From a virus (taxonomy: Duplodnaviria > Heunggongvirae > Uroviricota > Caudoviricetes): a stretch of 29,524 nucleotides of DNA. Shown here piece by piece: positions 16,407-25,849 of this stretch. The translations under genes and the position numbers were made by a program. The notes under the pieces are model-generated. The model made no database searches, was not told the DNA's origin, and was given only the letters and a program-made list of their open reading frames with translations. Location: IMG/VR virus record IMGVR_UViG_2693429557_000011; one strand, written 5' to 3'. How positions within the stretch are numbered: the stretch's first letter is position 1; every line of letters begins with the position of its first letter.

Positions 16407-16560
16407 TGCTCCCCCTGAGTAATTACAGGAAGATTACCCGCGCGCGAAACCGTTCTCCTTAACCCCCTGTTCTGGCCGTTTTCTTACAACAAAAGCCCTT
16501 TGTATCAGCCTGTTACGCTTTGCCATCATGACTGAAGAACCAGTCAGAGGGGCAAAAACT
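16407..16560. promoter_or_regulatory. Divergent late-promoter region between P (leftward) and O (rightward)
   Basis: 154-bp intergenic region in the position of the P2 late P/O promoters; no clean TGT-N12-ACA Ogr-type dyad found (only TGT-N15-ACA), so the activator site is unassigned. Confidence 0.4.
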
Positions 16561-17397
16561 ATGGCTAATGAAAAAAAGACATCCCGCAAAAAGTTTCGCG
16601 TGGCTGTCTCCGGATCAACTGTTGATGGCCGTGAAATCAGTCCGGTGCATCTGCGTGAAGCCGCCGAGAACTTCAACCCGGATGTTTACGCTGCCCGCGT
16701 GAACGTTGAGCACTATCTCTCGCCATGCCCGTCAAGCGAATTTTCCGCAATGGGCGATGTCACCGCACTGAGTACGGAAGACATTACGGAAGGTCCGCTG
16801 GCCGGACGTACTGCGCTGTATGCAGAAATCGAACCGACCGAGCGCATGAAGCAGCTTGTCGCGGACGGCAAGAAAATCTATTCCAGTATCGAACTGCACC
16901 CGCAGTTCTCCGTTAACGGGCGCGCCTATCTGGTCGGGCTGGCGATGACCGACACCCCGGCAAGCCTGGGCACTGAGCGCCTGAAATTCACGGCACAGCA
17001 ACGTCAGGCGGTGATGACGTTCAACAGTATCCAGGGTGAAGCACCGCTTATCTCCGAAGCCATCGAGTCTGAAATCATCGAAATGGCAGAACAACGCCAG
17101 GAAGAAGGCACCCAGTGGTTTAACCGCGTAATGGGGATTATTGGTCGTGGCCGCAAAGCGGATGACGCCAGTTTCTCCCGTATTCAGGAAGCGGTGGAAA
17201 GCGTCGCAACGTCACAGGCCGACATTATCGACCGTTTTAATGCGCTGGAAACACGCCATCAGCAGGACAGCCAGAAAATCACTTTACTGACCACGGAGCT
17301 GACAGCACTGAAGGAAAAACTGCGCACGCAGGACGGCGATCCGCAGAACCGGTTCACCGCAACGGGCGCAGCCTCCGACCAGCTGGCTGACTTCTGA
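16561..17397 (+). CDS. O: Capsid scaffolding protein (P2 gpO-like)
   Basis: About 278 aa from MANEKKTSRKKFRVAVSGSTVDGREIS..., with a conserved YLVGLAMTDTPASLGTE segment like P2 gpO; the longer ORF start at 16528 is less likely. Confidence 0.85.
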   Translation: MANEKKTSRKKFRVAVSGSTVDGREISPVHLREAAENFNPDVYAARVNVEHYLSPCPSSEFSAMGDVTALSTEDITEGPLAGRTALYAEIEPTERMKQLVADGKKIYSSIELHPQFSVNGRAYLVGLAMTDTPASLGTERLKFTAQQRQAVMTFNSIQGEAPLISEAIESEIIEMAEQRQEEGTQWFNRVMGIIGRGRKADDASFSRIQEAVESVATSQADIIDRFNALETRHQQDSQKITLLTTELTALKEKLRTQDGDPQNRFTATGAASDQLADF

Positions 17398-17420
17398 TAA
17401 GACAAAGGAGCAAATTTTTT

Positions 17421-18473
17421 ATGAATCTGGTGATGTCAGATATTACCCGCAACAAGCTGGGTTGCTATATGGCGCAGCAGGCGTCGCTTAACAATATCCC
17501 GGTTTCTGCACTGGTATCGCGATTTACCGTGGAACCTGCGGTGCAGCAACGTTTTGAAAACGCCTCAAAGGATAGCACCGAACTTACAAAAAAAATTAAC
17601 GTGATCGGCGTGACCGACCAGAAAGGCGAAAAAATCCTCCTGGACACCACAGGACCGATTGCACGCACAAATACCAGTTATGACGGAACAAAACGCCGTA
17701 ACCCGAATAACGTGGTTGATCTGAAAAACCGCAAATACCAGTGCGAACAGGTGAACTACGACACGTTTATTTCGTATCCGCAGCTTGATGCCTGGTCGGC
17801 ACACAGCGATTTTCAGTCCCGCATCAGCGCACAGATTGCCCGACAGGTGGCACTTGACCGCATCATGATCGGTTTCAACGGCACATCTCACGCGGATGAG
17901 TCCAACTTCAGCACCAACAAGCTGCTTCAGGACGTTAACGTGGGGTGGCTGGAGCACATCAGAACCAATGCCAGCGAGCGCGTAATGAATGACGTGACGC
18001 TGACTTCCCGCAACATGGACAACACCGTGGCGCACGCGGGTAAATACGCGAACCCTGATGCACTGGTACAGGACGCGCGCTCATCTCTGCTGGATGAATG
18101 GCACAAGGAAGCTGACGACCTCGTGGTGATTATGGGGCGCAACCTGTTTAACTCGCTGCGTCTGCCAGTGCTGAACAGCATCAGCGGCCAGAATCCCAAT
18201 GCGGAATTACTTGCCGGGCAGCTCATCCTGTCATCGCGCACCATTGGCGGGCTGGGTGTGTTCCTTGCACCGTTCTTCCCGGATGCAACGATGCTGATCA
18301 CCTCATTCAACAACCTGTCGATTTACTGGCAGAAAGGTTCAATGCGTCGTCTGATGAAAGACGAACCGGAATACAACCGCATCGCCACCTACCAGTCCAT
18401 CAATGACGCTTATGTCGTTGAAGACTATGGCAAGTGCGCGATGGTCACTGGCCTGAAGTTCGCCGACAGCTAA
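17421..18473 (+). CDS. N: Major capsid protein (P2 gpN-like)
   Basis: 350-aa ORF with FTVEP, GFNG, VGWL and YVVEDY segments matching P2 N-family capsid proteins; follows O. Confidence 0.9.
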   Translation: MNLVMSDITRNKLGCYMAQQASLNNIPVSALVSRFTVEPAVQQRFENASKDSTELTKKINVIGVTDQKGEKILLDTTGPIARTNTSYDGTKRRNPNNVVDLKNRKYQCEQVNYDTFISYPQLDAWSAHSDFQSRISAQIARQVALDRIMIGFNGTSHADESNFSTNKLLQDVNVGWLEHIRTNASERVMNDVTLTSRNMDNTVAHAGKYANPDALVQDARSSLLDEWHKEADDLVVIMGRNLFNSLRLPVLNSISGQNPNAELLAGQLILSSRTIGGLGVFLAPFFPDATMLITSFNNLSIYWQKGSMRRLMKDEPEYNRIATYQSINDAYVVEDYGKCAMVTGLKFADS

Positions 18474-18518
18474 TCAACTCACGGCGGGCATCATGCCCGC
18501 CTGTAACGGAGAGAAAAA

Positions 18519-19319
18519 ATGATTACTCCTGCACAGCAACACTGGCAGAACGTGATGGCACAGCGCGCAGGCCGGGCGAATGAAGGTGTGGACCACGCCG
18601 CGCGTACCGCGCATGAAGAGGTGCTGTATCGTCTGCGTCTGGCACAGGCCCGGCTTAAGGGCGTACAGGCCAGAAGCGCGAAAGCCGACATCAAAAAAGC
18701 GTTGTTGCCGGACTTTTCCGGCTGGATTGAGGGAACGCTGGAGGCTGACGGCGGGCAACAGGACGAAGTGATTGCCACGCTGATGGTGTGGGCGATTGAC
18801 TGCGGCGATCTTCCGCTTGCGCTGCGTATTGGTGCGTATGCGGTCCGTCACAACCTCATCATGCCGGATAACTTTGGCCGTACTGCTGCCACAGTGCTGA
18901 CCGAAGAAATCTGCAATCCGGTACTGACGCAGGCCGGGACGGATGCCGACGCGGATTTGTCCGTCTTTATCGAACCACTGGACACACTTTGGGAAATTGT
19001 CGCCAACCAGGATATGCCGGACGAAGTGCGCGCCAAATTATGCAAGGCGTGCGCCTTTGCCCGCCGTGGCCTGAGCGATGCGGACAGCATGGCCTCATCA
19101 CTGAAGCTGCTGCGCGAAGCGATGCATCTGAACCAGAACGCAGGTGTGAAACGCGAGATTGCAACCCTTTCCCGCGCCCTGAAAAAAGCCGATTCCGCAG
19201 CCGCACCAGAAGACGCCAGCGCACAGCAGGCGCAGGACGAAAGCAGCGAAAGTAAAAAGACAACGCGGAAGCCTGCAACACGAAAAACCACCGCGACGCA
19301 GAAGGCGAAGCGCGGTTAA
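18519..19319 (+). CDS. M: Terminase small/endonuclease subunit (P2 gpM-like)
   Basis: 266-aa ORF with TADMPDEVRAKL-like segment (here NQDMPDEVRAKL) and a basic Lys/Arg-rich C-terminal tail as in P2 M. Confidence 0.85.
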   Translation: MITPAQQHWQNVMAQRAGRANEGVDHAARTAHEEVLYRLRLAQARLKGVQARSAKADIKKALLPDFSGWIEGTLEADGGQQDEVIATLMVWAIDCGDLPLALRIGAYAVRHNLIMPDNFGRTAATVLTEEICNPVLTQAGTDADADLSVFIEPLDTLWEIVANQDMPDEVRAKLCKACAFARRGLSDADSMASSLKLLREAMHLNQNAGVKREIATLSRALKKADSAAAPEDASAQQAQDESSESKKTTRKPATRKTTATQKAKRG

Positions 19320-19335
19320 CGACTGACCCCGTCAG

Positions 19336-19406
19336 CGGGCGGCGTGCGCGGTGTTCCGGTTTGGCTCCGTGACCGTTTACACCGCGCACCCACCGCCCGA
19401 TTTTTT
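19336..19406 (+). terminator. Large GC-rich hairpin followed by T6 between M and L (candidate attenuator or intrinsic terminator)
   Basis: Left arm CGGGCGGCGTGCGCGGTG (19336-19353) pairs with right arm CACCGCGCACCCACCGCCCG (19380-19399) apart from a small internal loop; followed by A then TTTTTT (19401-19406). Confidence 0.35.
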
Positions 19407-19420
19407 CAGGAGTGAACCCC

Positions 19421-19915
19421 ATGAGTATGGTTGCCAGAACTGAACCCGGACCCGCAGAGGACGACATCACCGACACCGAAGATGGCGATACCCGTATTTC
19501 AGCGAGTGCATTCTGGCCGGATATTGTGCTGCGCGAGCTGCGTCTGGCGGTACGACTGCCGGGCCGCGTGACCACCTCCCGCCTGCTGCATACCGCCACC
19601 GGGGCCGTGGCACACGTTACCCGCGAGCTGGAAGCATGGCAGCAGGAACAGCAGGCGGCTGGCCATCAGACGCTGGCCGATGTTCCGGCACCTGTAATTA
19701 ACGGAGAAAGCGTCAATCTCTGGCACTGGCGCAATGCTGTTTATACCGCCACACGCGCCCTGATTCTGGAGCGTTACCGCGATGCGGACACAACGGACAA
19801 GGGCGACCGCCGGGCGGACGCACTGGATATACAGACATCGGATTTGTGGCGCGATGTGAGCTGGGCCATCTCTGACATTCTGTGCCGCCCGCGAATCTTT
19901 GCGGAGTTGTGCTGA
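19421..19915 (+). CDS. L: Head completion/stabilisation protein (P2 gpL-like)
   Basis: ATG at 19421 is 9 nt after AGGAG; LADVPA and DLWRDV segments match P2 L; stop overlaps the X start (ATGA). Confidence 0.8.
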   Translation: MSMVARTEPGPAEDDITDTEDGDTRISASAFWPDIVLRELRLAVRLPGRVTTSRLLHTATGAVAHVTRELEAWQQEQQAAGHQTLADVPAPVINGESVNLWHWRNAVYTATRALILERYRDADTTDKGDRRADALDIQTSDLWRDVSWAISDILCRPRIFAELC

Positions 19916-20112
19916 TGAAAGTGAAGACACTGGAAGGCGACACCGTGGATTCGCTCTGTTTCCGGTACTACGGCACGACGCAGGGCGTCACCGAAAAGGT
20001 GCTGGATGCCAACCCCGGACTCTGCCGACAGGTATTTCTGGAAGCCGGACAGGAGGTGGAAATGCCGGAGCCGGAGAAGAAAAAACAACGAGAGATGATA
20101 CAGCTATGGTAA
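19915..20112 (+). CDS. X: Tail protein X (P2 gpX-like, LysM-like small protein)
   Basis: 65 aa, MKVKTLEGDTVDSLCFRYYG...ANPGL, closely parallel to P2 X (MKTFALQGDTLDAICVRYYG...ANPGL). Confidence 0.75.
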   Translation: MKVKTLEGDTVDSLCFRYYGTTQGVTEKVLDANPGLCRQVFLEAGQEVEMPEPEKKKQREMIQLW

Positions 20113-20408
20113 CAGGTTTTTTTCAGCGGGTGAGTGACTGGATCACCTTCTGGGCATCAGTCACAGCCACCACAATAGGCGTGATGACCATCAGTGAAAA
20201 AATCGCCCTTGCCGGGTTGTTACTCGGTTCTCTGTCTGCATTACATGCCTGGCGACATCGCCGCCTGATGGAAACCGCCATGCAGCGTCGCAATGAACTC
20301 ATCGCCAGTATCCTGGCGCAGTCAGACGCACGGCCACTTCACGACAGTGAGCGTCAGGCTCTGAACATTCTGCGGGATAACGATACACATGATAAAGCTG
20401 CCCGTTAA
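20106..20408 (+). CDS. Holin (P2 gpY position)
   Basis: 100 aa with two hydrophobic segments and a charged C-terminus, immediately upstream of the endolysin. Confidence 0.55.
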   Translation: MVTGFFQRVSDWITFWASVTATTIGVMTISEKIALAGLLLGSLSALHAWRHRRLMETAMQRRNELIASILAQSDARPLHDSERQALNILRDNDTHDKAAR

Positions 20409-20937
20409 ACGTTACGCCGTAGCCGCCATTGTGGCGCTGGGGTTCTCCATTGCCCCTCACAAACTCCGGACCAGCCCGGAAGCGCAAATCCGCATTGCCA
20501 CATGGGAGGACTGTCGCGCAACGCCTTACCGGGATATTGCCGGGGTAATGACCGTGGGGTGCGGCTCGACCGGGCATGTGGAAAATCGTCTGTACACCGA
20601 AACGGAAGTCGCCGGGCGCTGGGTTAATGATATGCAACATGCAGAAAACTGCATAAATCAGAACTTCAGCGGCAACGCCATGCCACAGTCCGCGTTTGAG
20701 GCAATGACAGATGCCGCCTTTAATCTTGGATGCAGAAATCTTATGTGGTTCAGGGATAAGAACCGTAACTACCACCGCACCACTATCTGGAAACATGCAC
20801 AGGCGCACAACTGGCCTGACATGTGCAACAGACTGACTGACTTCGTGAACAGCGGCGGCGAACGCTCACAGGGACTGGTTAACCGTCGTACTGATTTTCG
20901 TGCATGGTGCTTACGTGACACCGGAGGCCAGTCATGA
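20389..20937 (+). CDS. Endolysin, lysozyme-type with N-terminal signal-anchor-release (SAR) segment
   Basis: 182 aa; Gly/Ala-rich weakly hydrophobic N-terminus (YAVAAIVALGFSIAP) followed by catalytic spacing E-x8-D-x5-T (WEDCRATPYRDIAGVMT), like the phage 21 SAR endolysin. Confidence 0.8.
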   Translation: MIKLPVKRYAVAAIVALGFSIAPHKLRTSPEAQIRIATWEDCRATPYRDIAGVMTVGCGSTGHVENRLYTETEVAGRWVNDMQHAENCINQNFSGNAMPQSAFEAMTDAAFNLGCRNLMWFRDKNRNYHRTTIWKHAQAHNWPDMCNRLTDFVNSGGERSQGLVNRRTDFRAWCLRDTGGQS

Positions 20938-21407
20938 AAGTGCGTTACATCCTGATGATGGCACTGACCGTCCTCACGCTGCTGACCATAACACTCTGGC
21001 AGACATTCAGACTGGGGCAGGAAGACGGACACAACCGTTATACACAGGCGCAACTGGACGATTACAGCCGGACCCTGAAAGAGGCCGGCACCATCATCAG
21101 CACCGCATCCGGTGTACTGCGTGACGTCATGACAGCGCGCCAGAACCGACAACAGGAAGGGGAAATCCGACGTGAACAGCTACGCAACGATATCACGACA
21201 GATGCATGTGCCCGCGCTGTTCCTGACGCTCGCTTTACTGAGCGGTTGCACCAGCACGCAGAACGCGTCCGCGCCGCCGCCGTCGTTCCGTTTCATCCCG
21301 GAAGGGCTGACCGCCCCCGTACTTCCCCCGCCGTTTCCGGTGACGCCATCATGGGGAAACATCGGGATATGGAGCGACAGCCTCATGGACGCACTGGAAA
21401 CCTGTAA
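20934..21407 (+). CDS. Inner-membrane spanin component (Rz / LysB-like)
   Basis: 157 aa with an N-terminal transmembrane helix then a charged coiled-coil-like region; its 3-prime third overlaps the o-spanin gene in another frame. Confidence 0.55.
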   Translation: MKVRYILMMALTVLTLLTITLWQTFRLGQEDGHNRYTQAQLDDYSRTLKEAGTIISTASGVLRDVMTARQNRQQEGEIRREQLRNDITTDACARAVPDARFTERLHQHAERVRAAAVVPFHPGRADRPRTSPAVSGDAIMGKHRDMERQPHGRTGNL

Positions 21408-21492
21408 CGCCGATAAGCGGGCCATTGAATTACTGGAACAGCGCAGGCTGCAACGACTGAACAACGAGGACAACAACCATGCTGAAAACTGA
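21202..21492 (+). CDS. Outer-membrane lipoprotein spanin component (Rz1 / LysC-like), overlapped architecture
   Basis: Signal peptide with lipobox LLSGC, proline-rich mature region (APPPSFRFIPEGLTAPVLPPPFPVTP); starts inside the i-spanin gene in the +1 frame and extends beyond its stop. Confidence 0.6.
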   Translation: MHVPALFLTLALLSGCTSTQNASAPPPSFRFIPEGLTAPVLPPPFPVTPSWGNIGIWSDSLMDALETCNADKRAIELLEQRRLQRLNNEDNNHAEN

Positions 21493-21946
21493 TTCCCTGC
21501 GTGAAGCCATGACCCGTTCATGCCGGTGGTGTCATGCCAACCCGGAAAAATTCACCATTTTCGTGGAGAGCGGCAACATTGAAACGACCGGAGAAACCCC
21601 ATCGTTTGTTTACCGCTATCAGATAGTGATGTTTGTCATGGATTACGCCGGAGAGCTGGACGACCTCACGCTGCCGCTGCTGGCGTGGTTATCCGAAAAT
21701 CAGCCACAGTTGTTGCTCAATCCGGAGCGTAATCAGGACATCAAATTTTCCGCCGTTATCAATGACGATGACAGCGCCGATCTCCTGTTTACGCTCCCCC
21801 TGCGGGAACGCGTTCGCATCACGCGCAGCAGTCAGGGCACACCGCAGGCAGAACACCTGCCGGAGCCAAAACCCCGCCTGCCCTCTTCCGAAGGCGACTG
21901 GTCGCATGTATTCCAGGATGTGACGTGGGGGGAAAGCGATGGATAA
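21479..21946 (+). CDS. R: Tail completion protein (P2 gpR-like)
   Basis: 155 aa, MLKTDSLREAMT...LPLLAWLSENQP, parallel to P2 R (MLKPDSLRRALT...VPVLAWLRENQP). Confidence 0.8.
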   Translation: MLKTDSLREAMTRSCRWCHANPEKFTIFVESGNIETTGETPSFVYRYQIVMFVMDYAGELDDLTLPLLAWLSENQPQLLLNPERNQDIKFSAVINDDDSADLLFTLPLRERVRITRSSQGTPQAEHLPEPKPRLPSSEGDWSHVFQDVTWGESDG

Positions 21947-22574
21947 GGCATTCACCCGCGTGGATGAAACCTTTGAGGCTATCCGCGACAGCCTGAATCA
22001 GCAGGCCATTAATAACATCGCCAGAAAGCTGGCACAGGATTTACGCCGCGCCCAGCAGGCGCGTATCCGGTCACAGAAAGCGCCGGACGGGACCGCATGG
22101 ACACCACGCAGACGCCGCGTAACCCGGATACAGGAGCGCATTCGCTTTATCTGGAATAACGAAGCACGCACGCTGAAAAACTGGCATCACGACACGGGGA
22201 AATACGGGCGAACCATCACCGGGTGGGATGAGGATAAAAACAATATCCGCACGTTTTACCGGGATGACATCGACCGTTTTCTGGAAATACGCACCCGGCG
22301 CATCAACCAGGACAGCACCAGGCGCGTCTCCATGTTCGTAAAACTGCGCACCGCCCGCTACCTGAAAGCCCGTGCAGATGCTTCCGGTGTGACGGTGGGT
22401 TACAGCGGCGTGGCCGCACGTATTGCACGCGTTCATCAGTTCGGTGAGCGCGATCAGGTTGCGCCGGGCATTTTCACCGATTACCCGGTACGTGAGCTGC
22501 TGGGTATCAGCCAGGCAGATGAGCGCCTGATTTATAACACGGTGCTGGGCCGGATTGCGGAGGCTGTACGATGA
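21939..22574 (+). CDS. S: Tail completion / virion morphogenesis protein (P2 gpS-like)
   Basis: 211-aa ORF between R and V; assigned by position and family-like character; longer than P2 S. Confidence 0.65.
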   Translation: MDKAFTRVDETFEAIRDSLNQQAINNIARKLAQDLRRAQQARIRSQKAPDGTAWTPRRRRVTRIQERIRFIWNNEARTLKNWHHDTGKYGRTITGWDEDKNNIRTFYRDDIDRFLEIRTRRINQDSTRRVSMFVKLRTARYLKARADASGVTVGYSGVAARIARVHQFGERDQVAPGIFTDYPVRELLGISQADERLIYNTVLGRIAEAVR

Positions 22575-23152
22575 GCGCAGAACTCATGCGACTGCTGAGC
22601 AATATCATCCGCACCGGGATCATCTCTGAAGTTGATGAGGAATCCTGGTGCGTGCGCGTTCGCAGCGGCGAACTGGAAACAGGCTGGCTGCGCTGGAACA
22701 CCACGCGCGCGGGAGACTTCAACGTGTGGTTTCCGCCATCACCAGGCGAACAGGTGGCAATTGCCTGCATCGGCGGCAACCCGGAAACCGCCATGATAAT
22801 CGGCAGCCTGTGGAGTGATGCCATTCCGGCACCCGGCAAAAGCCTGAAAGAAATCGTGGTCAGCGCGCCGGACGGCGCGGTGTTCCGCTACGACGCGGAC
22901 GCAGGCGCACTGAGCGCAAGCGGCATGAAAACGGCCACTTTGCAGGCATCCATCAGCGTGACACTGAACACGCCTGTCGTGGAATGCACAGACCTTCTGA
23001 GAACAGCGACGCTTGACGTCACAAAAGGGGGAACGATGAGCGGCAATATCACGCACAGCGGCGGCGATTTCACCTCAAACGGCATCACAGTGCATACGCA
23101 TAAGCACGGTGGCGTTAAAGGTGGCAGCGATTCGACAGGAGGCCCGCAGTGA
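22571..23152 (+). CDS. V: Baseplate spike protein (P2 gpV-like)
   Basis: 193-aa ORF in conserved order S-V-W-J; Gly-rich C-terminus. Confidence 0.8.
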   Translation: MSAELMRLLSNIIRTGIISEVDEESWCVRVRSGELETGWLRWNTTRAGDFNVWFPPSPGEQVAIACIGGNPETAMIIGSLWSDAIPAPGKSLKEIVVSAPDGAVFRYDADAGALSASGMKTATLQASISVTLNTPVVECTDLLRTATLDVTKGGTMSGNITHSGGDFTSNGITVHTHKHGGVKGGSDSTGGPQ

Positions 23153-23499
23153 CAACCCGCTACACAGGAATGAACCCGGACGGGACGGGAAACCTGAACG
23201 ATATGGCGCACCTGAAACAGTCAGTCAGGGACATCCTGACCACCCCGCTGGCAAGCCGGGTTATGCGACGGGAATATGGCAGCCTTGTGCCTGATTTGAT
23301 TGACGAACCCATGAATAACACCACGCGTCTGCAATGCATGAGTGCTACCGTGATTGCACTGACACGATGGGAACCACGCATTGCCCTGAACGCCATCGAC
23401 GTTGTCTGGAAGGCAGGAGGCCACGCCGGGGTGACGCTGTCGGGCACTGTCATGCAGACCATGCAGAATGTTGAATTAACCATCACGCTGAGGGAGTAA
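23149..23499 (+). CDS. W: Baseplate wedge protein (P2 gpW-like)
   Basis: 116-aa ORF, size and position as P2 W; start overlaps the V stop. Confidence 0.8.
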   Translation: MTTRYTGMNPDGTGNLNDMAHLKQSVRDILTTPLASRVMRREYGSLVPDLIDEPMNNTTRLQCMSATVIALTRWEPRIALNAIDVVWKAGGHAGVTLSGTVMQTMQNVELTITLRE

Positions 23500-23502
23500 A
23501 TC

Positions 23503-24399
23503 ATGCCTGCCGTTGACCTTTCCCAGTTACCGGAACCCGCCATCATCGCGGAGCCTGACTTTGAGGCAATTCTGGCTGACACAAAGGCCATGATGATTGC
23601 AGCTTATCCCGCCGAACAGCGTGAAGTCGTCTCCGCCGCACTGGAACTGGAATCGGAACCCCTGAACGTTATCGCTCAAACCATGTCGTTTCGTGAAATG
23701 CTGTTACGCCAGCGGGTCAATGAGGCCGCACGCGCCTGCATGTTGAGCCACAGCGCCGGAACAGACCTGGACAACCTCGCGGGCAATATGAACACAAAGC
23801 GCCTGGTTATCACTCCGGCAACGGATACCACCGACGTGGTGATGGAGAACGACACCTCGCTGAGACTGCGGGCGCAGCGGGCGTATGACGGCCTGAGTGT
23901 TGCAGGCCCGTCAGGCGCATACGAGTATTTTGCCCGCAGCGCCAGCGGTCTGGTGCGCGATGCGCGGGCCATCAGTCCGTCTCCGGCAAATGTGACGGTT
24001 TCCATCCTGTCCACTGAGGGCGACGGCACAGCAACGGAGGCGTTGCTTAATACCGTTCGCGCCGTTCTGAATGCAGAGGATACCCGCCCGGTGGCCGACC
24101 GCCTGACCGTACAGAGTGCCAGAATCGTGACATGGCGGCTGAATGCAAAACTGTACTTTTACCCCGGTCCGGAATCCGAACCTATTCTGGCTGCGGCTGA
24201 ATCGTCGTTCAGGAAGTGGCTGGCTGAGCAGGGGCTTATCGGTCAGGACGTGGCGTTGTCCGCCATTGCTGCCGCACTGCATGTGCACGGTGTGCAACGC
24301 GTGGAGATAATCGAACCCACACAGAATATGGCCATCAGCGACATACAGGCGGCGCGCTGTGAGTCATTCACCATCAGCGAAGGTGGGCGTAATGAGTAA
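23503..24399 (+). CDS. J: Baseplate assembly protein (P2 gpJ-like)
   Basis: 298-aa ORF, size and position as P2 J. Confidence 0.85.
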   Translation: MPAVDLSQLPEPAIIAEPDFEAILADTKAMMIAAYPAEQREVVSAALELESEPLNVIAQTMSFREMLLRQRVNEAARACMLSHSAGTDLDNLAGNMNTKRLVITPATDTTDVVMENDTSLRLRAQRAYDGLSVAGPSGAYEYFARSASGLVRDARAISPSPANVTVSILSTEGDGTATEALLNTVRAVLNAEDTRPVADRLTVQSARIVTWRLNAKLYFYPGPESEPILAAAESSFRKWLAEQGLIGQDVALSAIAAALHVHGVQRVEIIEPTQNMAISDIQAARCESFTISEGGRNE

Positions 24400-24922
24400 T
24401 TCACTGTTACCACCATCAGCCAGCAATTTCATGCGTTGTGCCGAAGCCGTCGGAACACGCATTACAGACATTCCGGCAGACCTCAACACGCTGTGGTCGC
24501 CGGACACCTGCCCGGTGCATCTGCTGCCTTATCTCGCCTGGGCGTTTTCCGTTGACCGCTGGGATCGCAACTGGCCGGAAGAGACAAAGCGACAGGTGAT
24601 TCGTGATGCATGGCTGATACACCGACACAAAGGAACCATCAGCGCCCTGCGACGGGCCATTGAGCCGCTGGGATACCTCATTCGCGTGTCTGAGTGGTGG
24701 GAGTTCAACGGCGAACCCGGAACATTCAAGATTGATGTTGGCACGCTGGACAGTGGCGTGACGGAGGAAATGTATCTGGAAATGGAGCGGTTGATTGCTG
24801 ATGCCCGCCCGGTCAGCCGCCACATGACAGGGCTGAATATCATTCAGGAGATTCAGGGAGATATTTTCGCGGCAGCAGCAACTTACGACGGTGAAGTCAT
24901 TACCATTTATCCGGACGATTAA
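24392..24922 (+). CDS. I: Baseplate/tail protein (P2 gpI-like)
   Basis: About 176 aa from MSNSLLPPSAS...; its ATG overlaps the J stop. Confidence 0.8.
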   Translation: MSNSLLPPSASNFMRCAEAVGTRITDIPADLNTLWSPDTCPVHLLPYLAWAFSVDRWDRNWPEETKRQVIRDAWLIHRHKGTISALRRAIEPLGYLIRVSEWWEFNGEPGTFKIDVGTLDSGVTEEMYLEMERLIADARPVSRHMTGLNIIQEIQGDIFAAAATYDGEVITIYPDD

Positions 24923-24924
24923 GC

Positions 24925-25847
24925 ATGAGTACCACAACACGAAAATTTAAAACCATTATCACCGATACGGGTGCAAAAAAATTAGCGCAGGCAACCGCGC
25001 CAGATGGGAAACCTGTCCGCCTGACACATATGGCCGTGGGTGACGGCGGCGGTACTTTACCCACGCCAGACAGTAAGCAGACCCGTCTTGTGCATGAGGT
25101 GTGGCGACATACCGTTAATCGCGTCACCCTGGACGCAACACATCAGAACCACATTATTGCGGAGCTGGTTATTCCTCCTGAAACGGGCGGATTCTGGATC
25201 CGGGAAATTGGTGTGTTTGATGAGCACGGCGATTTGATCGCGGTAGGCAATACTGCCGAAAGTTACAAGCCAACCGTTGCCGAAGGATCCGGACGTGCAC
25301 AAACATTTCGCACCATTCTGACCGTATCCAGCACTGCCACTGTGGCGCTTACCGTGGATAACACCATGGTGATGGCCACAGTGAATTACGTGGATGACAA
25401 ACTGAAAGAGCATGAACAGTCACGACGTCACCCGGACGCCTCGCTGACCGCAAAAGGCCTTGTCCAGCTCAGCAACGCCACCAACAGCACGTCTGAAACG
25501 CTGGCAGCGACACCAAAAGCCGTTAAGGCAGTAATGGATGAAACGAACAAGAAAGCCCCATTAAACAGCCCGGCACTGACCGGAACGCCAACAACACCAA
25601 CTGCGCGACAGGGAACGAATAATACCCAAATCGCAAGCACGGCTTTCGTTATGGCTGCGATTGCCGCCCTTGTAGATTCGTCACCTGATGCACTGAACAC
25701 GCTGAACGAGCTGGCTGCGGCGCTGGGCAACGACCCGAATTTTGCGACCACCATGACTAACGCGCTTGCGGGTAAGCAACCGAAAGATGCCACTCTGACG
25801 GCGCTGGCGGGGCTTGCTACTGCGGCAGACAGGTTTCCGTATTTTAC
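24925..25847 (+). CDS. H: Tail fibre protein (P2 gpH-like), N-terminal ~307 codons only; frame ends at the NN junction
   Basis: MSTTTRKFKTIITDTGAKKLAQATAP...HEVWRH...IAELVIPPE matches the P2 H N-terminus and continues through the conserved LSNATNSTSETLAATPKAV...KQPKDATLTALAGL module; broken at NN 25848-25849. Confidence 0.7.
25462..25793. repeat. About 330-bp tail-fibre module, near-identical to 29193-29524 (shared between the H-like and Stf-like genes)
   Basis: Direct comparison of the two stretches shows long runs of identical sequence (for example ...ctgaccggaacgccaacaacaccaactgcgcgacagggaacgaataatacccaaatcgcaagcacggctttcgttatggctgcgattgcc...). Confidence 0.8.
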
Positions 25848-25849
25848 NN
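25848..25849. other. Ambiguous bases (NN) at an abrupt P2-like / lambda-like junction
   Basis: Two N characters; the reading frame and the apparent phage family both change across them. Confidence 0.9.

Larger units (their letters stand above)
2999..25847. mobile_element. P2-like (Peduovirus-type) prophage, left arm: int-C-cox-early genes-A-accessory locus-cos-Q-P-O-N-M-L-X-lysis-R-S-V-W-J-I-H(partial)
   Basis: Gene order and protein signatures match the P2 prophage map from int through H; the left boundary is inferred from the host btuC gene and the terminator, the right boundary is cut by the NN junction. The exact att core is not identifiable without the other prophage end. Confidence 0.7.

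Noticed and set aside
16407-16560. Ogr/Delta-type late activator site (TGT-N12-ACA) in the P/O divergent region
   Set aside because: Only a TGT-N15-ACA arrangement is present; spacing does not fit the P2 consensus, so no activator site is called.
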